DNA of 64,000 nt from Gammaproteobacteria bacterium (GTDB taxonomy: Bacteria; Pseudomonadota; Gammaproteobacteria; Steroidobacterales; Rariloculaceae), in assembly GCA_038125265.1 (NCBI GenBank), contig JAYPDM010000005.1, positions 1,702 through 65,701 of the forward strand, in the 5' to 3' direction. Positions 57,019-64,000 of the stretch are shown here, piece by piece (the first letter of the stretch is position 1; each line of letters begins with the position of its first letter). A model generated the notes under the pieces. That model made no database searches. It was not told the DNA's origin and saw only the letters and a program-made list of their open reading frames with translations. Made by a program: the position numbers and the translations under genes.

Positions 57019-58458
57019 ATGAAAAATAATGCCGATCAATTTATTAGAGAAAAATATGAGCATGGATTTGTTACGGATATCGAACAAGACACATTTGATC
57101 CAGGCCTTGATGAGGAAGTTATAAAAAAGCTCTCTCAAATCAAAAAAGAACCATCTTTCCTAACTGAATGGAGATTAAGAGCATTCAGCCAATGGAAAAC
57201 CATGCAAGAACCACACTGGGGACAATTAAAATATAATCCGATTGATTACCAATCGCTCTCCTATTACTCAGCACCAAAAAATGCAAAGGACGCCCCAAAG
57301 TCTCTTGATGAGGTAGACCCAAAACTATTAGAGACTTATGAAAAACTCGGTATTCCCCTGCATGAAAGAGCAAAATTAGCTGGCGTGGCTGTGGATGCTG
57401 TATTTGACAGTGTATCTGTTGCAACAACTTTTAAAGACACCCTTGAAAAGGCAGGAGTAATTTTTTGCTCCTTTTCTGAAGCAGTTCAAAAATATCCTGA
57501 CCTGATTGAACAGTATTTAGGCACGGTAGTCCCACAAAGAGATAATTTCTTTGCTGCACTTAATTCTGCCGTATTTAGCGATGGGTCTTTTGTTTATATC
57601 CCAAAAAATACAAAATGCCCCATGGAGCTCTCTACCTATTTCAGAATTAATGCATCAAACACCGGACAGTTCGAGAGAACGCTAATTATCGCAGATGAAG
57701 GAAGCTACGTAAGTTATCTCGAGGGTTGCACAGCCCCTATGAGAGATGAAAATCAATTACATGCCGCTGTGGTTGAGCTGGTAGCTTTGAAAGATGCTGA
57801 AATTAAATACTCAACTGTTCAAAATTGGTATCCAGGTGATGAAAATGGAGTTGGAGGTATTTATAACTTTGTCACAAAAAGGGGTGACTGTCGTGGTGAA
57901 AATTCAAAAATTTCATGGACGCAAGTCGAGACAGGCTCTGCAATAACATGGAAATATCCGAGTTGTATTCTAAGAGGTGAAAACTCAATAGGAGAGTTTT
58001 ACTCGGTTGCCGTTGCAAATAATTTCCAGCAAGCAGATACAGGAACAAAAATGATTCATATTGGTAAAAATACAAAAAGCACAATAATCTCCAAGGGTAT
58101 TTCTGCAGGCAATGCATCTAATGCATATCGAGGTAGAGTTAAATTCTTTAAGAATGCTGAAAACGCAAGAAACTATACCCAATGTGACTCACTAATTTTA
58201 GGAAGCAATGCCTCTGCACATACTTTTCCCGAAATCGATAATTTATGTAATAAATCTGTCATTGAACATGAAGCAACCACTTCTAAGATCAGCGATGATC
58301 AATTGATGTATTGTCAACAAAGAGGTTTGAGCGAAGAGGACTCAGTGAATCTTATAGTCAATGGATTTTGCAAGGAAGTGTTCAAAGAACTGCCTATGGA
58401 ATTTGCGGTTGAAGCACAAAACCTATTAAACGTCTCCCTCGAGGGAGCTATTGGTTAA
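57019..58458 (+). CDS. sufB: Fe-S cluster assembly scaffold SufB
   Basis: 479 aa, typical SufB sequence ([40 protein letters not shown]-like). Confidence 0.95.
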   Translation: MKNNADQFIREKYEHGFVTDIEQDTFDPGLDEEVIKKLSQIKKEPSFLTEWRLRAFSQWKTMQEPHWGQLKYNPIDYQSLSYYSAPKNAKDAPKSLDEVDPKLLETYEKLGIPLHERAKLAGVAVDAVFDSVSVATTFKDTLEKAGVIFCSFSEAVQKYPDLIEQYLGTVVPQRDNFFAALNSAVFSDGSFVYIPKNTKCPMELSTYFRINASNTGQFERTLIIADEGSYVSYLEGCTAPMRDENQLHAAVVELVALKDAEIKYSTVQNWYPGDENGVGGIYNFVTKRGDCRGENSKISWTQVETGSAITWKYPSCILRGENSIGEFYSVAVANNFQQADTGTKMIHIGKNTKSTIISKGISAGNASNAYRGRVKFFKNAENARNYTQCDSLILGSNASAHTFPEIDNLCNKSVIEHEATTSKISDDQLMYCQQRGLSEEDSVNLIVNGFCKEVFKELPMEFAVEAQNLLNVSLEGAIG

Positions 58459-58462
58459 GAGT

Positions 58463-59197
58463 ATGTTAGAAATAGAAAAATTAAAGGTATCGGTAGAAAA
58501 TAAAATCATCTTAAATAACTTTTCACTTAAGATTAAGCCAGGTGAAGTTCATGCGGTCATGGGGAAAAATGGTGCTGGGAAAAGCTCATTAGCTCAGGCA
58601 ATTATAGGAAATAGTAATTATTCTATTAATTCTGGAAAGATTAAATTTGATGGTTCCCTAATTAATGATTTAGAGATTAATGAACGTGCACTCTTGGGAA
58701 TCTTTCTTGCATTTCAATACCCCATTGAAATACCAGGCGTTAATAATACTTACCTCTTACGCTCTGCATTGAATGCAAAATTAAAGTCTGAGAGCAAAGA
58801 TGAAATTGATTCATTTGATTTCTTAAAGCTAATTAAATCCTTGATGAATAAAATGAATATCTCTGATGAATTCATTCATCGTTCGGTAAATGAGGGCTTC
58901 TCCGGCGGTGAGAAGAAAAAAAATGAAGTATTGCAGATGTTGCTTCTAGAGCCAAAGCTTTGCATTCTGGATGAGACAGATTCTGGATTAGATGTAGATG
59001 CCTTAAAAATCGTTTCTAATGGGGTCAATGAATTAAGAGACTCAGAAAGATCATTTTTAATCATTACTCACTACAAAAGATTATTAGAATTAATAAAACC
59101 TGATTTTGTTCATGTAATCGCTAATGGCTCAATCGTTAAAACCGGTAATGCGACGCTTGCTGATGAGCTAGATAAAAAAGGCTTTGATTGGATTTAG
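58463..59197 (+). CDS. sufC: Fe-S cluster assembly ATPase SufC
   Basis: Walker A GKNGAGKSS, signature FSGGEKKK, Walker B ILDETDSGLD. I prefer ATG at 58463 (MLEIEKLKV); the track start at 58451 is TTG. Confidence 0.95.
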   Translation: MLEIEKLKVSVENKIILNNFSLKIKPGEVHAVMGKNGAGKSSLAQAIIGNSNYSINSGKIKFDGSLINDLEINERALLGIFLAFQYPIEIPGVNNTYLLRSALNAKLKSESKDEIDSFDFLKLIKSLMNKMNISDEFIHRSVNEGFSGGEKKKNEVLQMLLLEPKLCILDETDSGLDVDALKIVSNGVNELRDSERSFLIITHYKRLLELIKPDFVHVIANGSIVKTGNATLADELDKKGFDWI

Positions 59198-59199
59198 TT

Positions 59200-60204
59200 A
59201 TGGGCTCTCCTCAGTTAAATAGCACGATCAAATCAAGAGAAATGATTCATGAAGCGGCGATAGAGAAAAAGCTACACTCTATGGGAATACCCATACTGTC
59301 TGGACGTCATATTGTATTTGATAAAGAAAAATTAATTATTGATGATCGCCTAATCAGTGAGCTTGATATTAACTATGATAGTAATAATGATGTTTTACGT
59401 ATAACTACGCATAAAAATAGTGAAACTATTAATTTAAATGTCTTTTCAATAAATCTTCATGATAGTTATTTTTCACCAAAAGTAATCATAGAGTGCGTTC
59501 CAGATTCAAGCTTATGTTTTCAAGAGATTGATCTGGATAAATATAACGACATTGAAATAAGTATAAATAAAAATATTGAATTTCTTTTATCATCGAACTC
59601 GAGAGTGCACCACATATATATTTCTAAATTTAATAAAAATACTAATATTCAAAAAAATTTAAGTTGTAATTTAGCTGACAATGCTACATATGAATACAGC
59701 TCCATTCAAAGACTGCTAGGCCATACCAAGATTAATTCTGCAATCAAACTTAATGGAGAAAATGCAAAATGTAACTTTGCTGAAGCAGTACAACTTGATG
59801 AAAAAGCAAACTTTTCACATATGCTTATAATTTCTCATCATGCTTCCTCTACGATTAGCAACCAAAGACATAACCTTATTGCAAATGGACAGTCTTCCGG
59901 AAAATTTCATGGAACGATATTTGCTGAAAAAAATATTTATAATATTGAGGCTGATCAGTTAAGCAAAAACCTTCTGCTCTCAGATGATGCAAATATTAAG
60001 TCTTTCCCAATTCTTGAAATATATACCGACAGCATAAAGTGTTCACATGGATCAAGTGTTGGCATGATTAATGAAAACCAACTTGCCTATCTTATGGCAA
60101 GAGGTATTGAAAAAAAACTTGCTATAAATATGATCATTGAAGGATTGCTTAACGATATATTGCCCCAAGAAAACAACCCATTACTTAGATCATTGCTAAA
60201 TTAA
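59200..60204 (+). CDS. sufD: Fe-S cluster assembly protein SufD (short, divergent)
   Basis: Position between sufC and sufS. The C-terminal beta-helix region carries CSHGSSVGMINENQLAYLMARGI. Only about 335 aa. ATG at 59200; the track start at 59188 is TTG. Confidence 0.8.
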   Translation: MGSPQLNSTIKSREMIHEAAIEKKLHSMGIPILSGRHIVFDKEKLIIDDRLISELDINYDSNNDVLRITTHKNSETINLNVFSINLHDSYFSPKVIIECVPDSSLCFQEIDLDKYNDIEISINKNIEFLLSSNSRVHHIYISKFNKNTNIQKNLSCNLADNATYEYSSIQRLLGHTKINSAIKLNGENAKCNFAEAVQLDEKANFSHMLIISHHASSTISNQRHNLIANGQSSGKFHGTIFAEKNIYNIEADQLSKNLLLSDDANIKSFPILEIYTDSIKCSHGSSVGMINENQLAYLMARGIEKKLAINMIIEGLLNDILPQENNPLLRSLLN

Positions 60205-60213
60205 GAGAATACT

Positions 60214-61422
60214 ATGAAGTCAATAAAAAAAGATTTTCCAATTCTATCTAAACAAATTAATGGAAAAAGACTTGCATATCTTGATAATGCGGCATCTACT
60301 CAAAAACCCAAAGCTGTAATCGATGCCCTCAGTCATTATGAAATGAATTTGCATGCCAATGTGCATCGAGGTATTCATCATTTGTCGCAAGAGGCTACTC
60401 AAGAGTATGAAAAAGTTAGGGAAAAAATAAAAAATTATATTAATGCAGAACAAGTCGATGAAATTATTTATACCAAAGGTACAACGGAAAGCATTAACCT
60501 TTTGGCAACATCACTCGCAAAGTTATGTATCCATAAAAATGATGAGATAGTTATATCTACTGCTGAACATCATGCAAATATAGTACCCTGGCAACAAGCG
60601 TGTCAGGCCACCGGGGCAAAGCTTGTTGTATGTCCGATAGACCAGAATGGCGATATAGAGTTAGAAGCATTTAATTCATTGCTCTCCCCTAGAACAAAGA
60701 TTGTTTCTATTTCCCATATCTCCAATGTTCTCGGCTCAATTAATCCAATTGAAATAATGATTAAAAACGCAAAAAAGTATGGAGCAATCACAATCGTAGA
60801 TGCTGCACAGTCTATTGCTCATTTACCAATTGATGTTACTCAGCTTGGATGTGATTTTCTTACCTTCTCTGCTCATAAAATTCATGGACCTACTGGAACA
60901 GGCATTTTATATGGAAAATATGAACACCTAACTGCTATGCCTCCTTTTATGACAGGGGGTGACATGATTAAAACAGTATCCTTTGAGCAAACTACTTTTA
61001 ATTCTCCTCCTTACAAGTTTGAGGCGGGGACCCCAAATATTTCTGGTGTGATTGGACTTGGTTATGCTATTGATTACCTGAGCCAATTTAGTTGGGATGA
61101 AAAATTAAATTATGAAAATAGTTTAACTAAATATTTAATTGAATCTCTATCAGCAATTCATGGGCTTAGGATTATTGGTAATCCTAACAAAAGATCTGCA
61201 ATTGCCTCCTTTGTCCTAGATGCTGTGCACCCCCATGATATCGCTACAATTCTGGATGAGCATGGTGTTGCCATTAGAGCTGGCCATCATTGCGCAATGC
61301 CTTTAATGGAATATCTTGAACTTCCGGCAACAGCAAGAGCATCTCTATCTCTCTATAATGACAAAGAAGATATTGATCAGCTTTGTAATGCTATTGAGGA
61401 TACAAAGAGAATATTTCAATGA
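60214..61422 (+). CDS. sufS: Cysteine desulfurase SufS (group II)
   Basis: YLDNAASTQKP, PLP Lys in FSAHKIHGPTG, catalytic Cys in RAGHHCAMPL. 402 aa. Confidence 0.93.
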   Translation: MKSIKKDFPILSKQINGKRLAYLDNAASTQKPKAVIDALSHYEMNLHANVHRGIHHLSQEATQEYEKVREKIKNYINAEQVDEIIYTKGTTESINLLATSLAKLCIHKNDEIVISTAEHHANIVPWQQACQATGAKLVVCPIDQNGDIELEAFNSLLSPRTKIVSISHISNVLGSINPIEIMIKNAKKYGAITIVDAAQSIAHLPIDVTQLGCDFLTFSAHKIHGPTGTGILYGKYEHLTAMPPFMTGGDMIKTVSFEQTTFNSPPYKFEAGTPNISGVIGLGYAIDYLSQFSWDEKLNYENSLTKYLIESLSAIHGLRIIGNPNKRSAIASFVLDAVHPHDIATILDEHGVAIRAGHHCAMPLMEYLELPATARASLSLYNDKEDIDQLCNAIEDTKRIFQ

Positions 61423-61865
61423 GTAACTTAATAGAACTATATAGAGATCTTATTTTGGATCATAATAAAAATCCTCGTAATTTTGGTGAGCTTGAAAATG
61501 CTACAAAATCTATAGAGGGCGTCAATCCACTTTGTGGAGATAAATTAAAATTATTTTTATTGCTAGAAAATGACTTGATTAAAGATATTTCTTTTATTGG
61601 TACGGGTTGTGCGATTTCTGTCGCTAGCGCATCGATGATGACTGAAAATGCTAAGGGCTTGGAAGTTAATCAATGTCTAGAGCTGTATGCCATGGTACAT
61701 AGTATGCTCACAGGAAAAGATGAAATTGATGAAGAGCGTCTTGGAAAAATTATGGCTCTATCTGGAGTCAAAGCTTACCCAAGTCGAGTGAAGTGCGCCA
61801 GCCTTTCGTGGCATGCTCTTAAACAAGCACTATCAACTAATCAGCTAATGGCATCTACAGAATAA
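61419..61865 (+). CDS. sufU: SufU (zinc-dependent sulfur acceptor of the IscU/NifU-like family)
   Basis: LYRDLILDHNKNPRNFG, NPLCGD, GTGCAISVASASMMTE and PSRVKCASLSW. The match to Bacillus-type SufU as I remember it is close. Confidence 0.88.
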   Translation: MSNLIELYRDLILDHNKNPRNFGELENATKSIEGVNPLCGDKLKLFLLLENDLIKDISFIGTGCAISVASASMMTENAKGLEVNQCLELYAMVHSMLTGKDEIDEERLGKIMALSGVKAYPSRVKCASLSWHALKQALSTNQLMASTE

Positions 61866-62419
61866 TGTATCACACAAATGAACCTGTAACTTTTAATAGA
61901 AATTGCTCTGTCACATTGATACCAAATGGTGATGAGGTAGAGCTTCCAGAGGGTGCTTTTGGTTACATTACACAAGAACTTGGAGGGTCTTTTACTATCT
62001 ACATAGAAGGAAATCTTTTTAGACTATCAGGAAAAGATGCTGATGCGATTGGTAAAGAAGCGATGATAATTCCAATAATCCAAAATCCTAAGGATTATGA
62101 TCATGTAAGTGAAATTATATGGCAACAGCTCAAATCATGTTACGACCCAGAAATTCCTGTCAATATTGTTGATTTAGGACTTATTTATAAATGCGAAGTC
62201 TTGCATGAAAAGGACACTGATGAAAACTATCAAGTAAATATCGAAATGACATTAACTGCTCCCGGGTGTGGAATGGGCCCTATTCTCATGCAAGATGTAA
62301 AGGAGAAGATTGAAGGCCTTTCATGTATTTCTAATTGCAATGTTGAGTTAGTTTTTGACCCGCCCTGGAACCAGTCTATGATGTCTGATGAGGCAAAACT
62401 ACAAACCGGAATGCTTTAG
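61865..62419 (+). CDS. sufT: SufT-like DUF59 Fe-S assembly protein
   Basis: C-terminal DUF59 core CYDPEIPVNIVDLGLIY...LTAPGCGMG with an N-terminal extension of about 80 aa. TAATG-coupled to sufU. Confidence 0.75.
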   Translation: MYHTNEPVTFNRNCSVTLIPNGDEVELPEGAFGYITQELGGSFTIYIEGNLFRLSGKDADAIGKEAMIIPIIQNPKDYDHVSEIIWQQLKSCYDPEIPVNIVDLGLIYKCEVLHEKDTDENYQVNIEMTLTAPGCGMGPILMQDVKEKIEGLSCISNCNVELVFDPPWNQSMMSDEAKLQTGML

Positions 62420-62898
62420 TGAAAAAACTCCTTCTGGTGAGACATGCTGACTCTTTATCGGCACGTGCCCTTGAAAAGGATATCAACCGAAGTCTCTCGC
62501 CAAAAGGTTTTGAACAATGCGCTCTCTTAGCTAATTCAATCAAACTATTAAATATTAATATTAATCATGTAATAGTGAGTCAGTCTATAAGAACCCAAGA
62601 AACTTGCAATTCCGTTGAAACCAATCTTGATCTAGCTCTCTCAAAAGAACTTGATACAAAGCTGTATCAAAATTTATCTGATGAAATATTAGAGTTAATT
62701 GAAAATAAACTACAAATATTTGAAACTTTAATGATCATTGGTCATAACCCCTCACTATCTAAAATTAGCTCTTACTATTTAGATCAGAATGTTGTCATTA
62801 ATACATCAGGAATGATTGCCATTAACCTAAAGGAAACAGCCAATAATAAATTTACCTTTGACTCATTGATTCATGCGCATGAGTCAATCATTTTTTAA
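62419..62898 (+). CDS. sixA: Histidine phosphatase superfamily protein, SixA-like
   Basis: LLLVRHADS (RHG-type motif), VSQSIRTQET, and IIGHNP with the second catalytic His. 159 aa. GTG start overlaps the sufT stop (TAGTG). Confidence 0.75.
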   Translation: MKKLLLVRHADSLSARALEKDINRSLSPKGFEQCALLANSIKLLNININHVIVSQSIRTQETCNSVETNLDLALSKELDTKLYQNLSDEILELIENKLQIFETLMIIGHNPSLSKISSYYLDQNVVINTSGMIAINLKETANNKFTFDSLIHAHESIIF

Positions 62899-64000
62899 TG
62901 AGGCAATAGGAAAAGTGCTGGAAAATAAGCTACAAGAAGTACAAAAAGAAGCAATATTGCAAAGAATGGTATTGTTGAAATATAGATCTGTGTAATGCTT
63001 TTTTGAAATTTATTGGAGGCAATAAATAAATTGAGCCCAATAGGAGGTGTTATAAAGCCAATCTCCATTAACAAGATAAATAATATACCTAAATGTATGC
63101 TGTTCACCTCGTATAAACTGGCCAGAGGAAGTAGAATTGGAAGCACGATAATGATGGCCGAATATATGTCTAAGATGGCGCCAATCAGCAAAAGAAAAAT
63201 AATTAGAAATACAAAAAAAGAAAATTTTGATCCCACAATTTGGGACATATACTCAAAAATTAATTGAGGAATTTGCTGATCAATAATTAAATTTGTCGAA
63301 GCTAGAGAAAGACCTAGGATAATAAATATCGCGCCGACAAGAGTCATAGACTCTTGAACTGCAATAATTAAATCTTCTTTCTTGAGATCTTTTGATATGA
63401 AAAACTCAACAATAAAAATATAGAGAACTGCAAACGCCGCAATCTCAGTAATTGCAAGCAACCCATTATAAATAGTGATAACGACAGCAATAGGTAAAAA
63501 TACCTCAAGCCACATAGCTATATTTTTATTATTTTTTGGAGCCTTTATATTTAAATCTCTATTTTGGATAGAGCCTTTTGATAAAAATATTGAGTGTAAG
63601 TAGAAAATAACAATTAATACCGTTCCGGGAATAATTGCAAACCTAAAAAAATCATAGACGGGAATTTCAGCGATGATGGCATACAAAATCATCGGAAGAG
63701 AAGGAGCAAATAATAATCCTAAGCCACCAGAAGTTGTTATGAATCCATACAAATAATTATCGCTAAACCGATCATTAAGCAAAGAATAAACCAATGAACC
63801 AAATGCAATAATAGTAATTCCAGAAGAACCTGTAATAGCTCCAAAAAAGATAGCTAAAAATAGTGATAAGAAAATTAGATTATTTGGAATTAATTTAAAA
63901 AAGGTACTTGAGAAATAAATGAGTCTCTTAGGTGCTTCTGATTTTGCTAAAAGGTATCCCGTAAGCGTAAATAGTGGAAGTGCTAATAACATTGGGATAT
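62895..64000 (-). CDS. dctM: TRAP transporter large permease (DctM family), N-terminus outside the window
   Basis: Polytopic protein ending in ITPPIGLNLFIA. The reading frame stays open to the window edge (..IPMLLALPLF), so the gene is truncated. Its 3' end overlaps sixA by 4 nt. Confidence 0.85.
   Translation of the reverse strand, partial: IPMLLALPLFTLTGYLLAKSEAPKRLIYFSSTFFKLIPNNLIFLSLFLAIFFGAITGSSGITIIAFGSLVYSLLNDRFSDNYLYGFITTSGGLGLLFAPSLPMILYAIIAEIPVYDFFRFAIIPGTVLIVIFYLHSIFLSKGSIQNRDLNIKAPKNNKNIAMWLEVFLPIAVVITIYNGLLAITEIAAFAVLYIFIVEFFISKDLKKEDLIIAVQESMTLVGAIFIILGLSLASTNLIIDQQIPQLIFEYMSQIVGSKFSFFVFLIIFLLLIGAILDIYSAIIIVLPILLPLASLYEVNSIHLGILFILLMEIGFITPPIGLNLFIASNKFQKSITQIYISTIPFFAILLLFVLLVAYFPALFLLPH

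Noticed and set aside
536-63267. About 60 short ORFs in the six-frame track that lie antisense to, or out of frame within, longer ORFs (for example 536-739, 3502-3759, 3991-4275, 5278-5586, 6949-7296, 9235-9426, 13655-13942, 21341-21697, 41826-42155, 49727-50056, 52678-53040, 63013-63267).
   Set aside because: Each is fully embedded in a longer ORF with a recognisable protein family. Their translations are low-complexity or Ser/Leu/Ile-rich, as expected from antisense reading of AT-rich genes, and none has a recognisable motif.
1-64000. Search for CRISPR arrays, rRNA, transposases, integrases, prophage genes, toxin-antitoxin pairs or known defence-system hallmarks (nucleases, helicases, STAND/AAA ATPases, reverse transcriptases).
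   Set aside because: None found. No intergenic region exceeds 148 bp, no spaced direct-repeat arrays were seen, and every ORF over 150 aa is accounted for by metabolic, transport, envelope or repair families.

Overview
AT-rich, extremely gene-dense bacterial chromosome segment. By my hand tally about 98% is coding, and the largest intergenic gap is 148 bp. Synteny is Gammaproteobacteria-type (uvrC-pgsA-tRNA Gly/Cys/Leu, dapA plus a small lipoprotein, bcp, bepA), which best fits a streamlined marine heterotroph. I call 62 protein-coding genes (two cut by the window edges), 3 tRNAs and a few small regulatory candidates. Housekeeping genes include uvrC, pgsA, a cimA-like synthase, class II DAHP synthase, fumC, purB, mnmA, acnA, rpe-thrA-thrC, dapA, class I aldolase and a SufU-type suf operon. 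Accessory blocks are interleaved with them. One group is organic-acid uptake: TRAP dctPQM, an orphan TRAP binding protein, a second dctM, TTT tctCBA with an MmgE/PrpD protein, and an SSF symporter with a LacI regulator. The others are two xanthine-dehydrogenase-family molybdoenzymes plus XdhC, a membrane-anchored PAL-like NHL propeller operon ending in a ZntB-type channel, and a minus-strand operon of FG-GAP lipoprotein, orphan Mo large subunit, SGDH-like propeller, cytochrome c and FAH hydrolase. I saw no rRNA, CRISPR, transposase, integrase, phage or recognisable defence genes. Five things are most worth a second look. (1) The conserved glyW-cysT-leuZ tRNA cluster is kept in order but split by two opposite-strand cargo blocks. 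(2) The PAL-like/MORN/mini-lipoprotein/ZntB operon. (3) The Mo large subunit lacks FeS/FAD partners and sits in a mixed periplasmic/cytoplasmic redox operon. (4) An 85-codon lipoprotein occupies the bamC position. (5) Convergent genes overlap at their 3' ends throughout the window. I cannot point to a clearly novel system; these are candidates only. All functional calls come from motif and architecture recognition by eye; no database search or computation was run.
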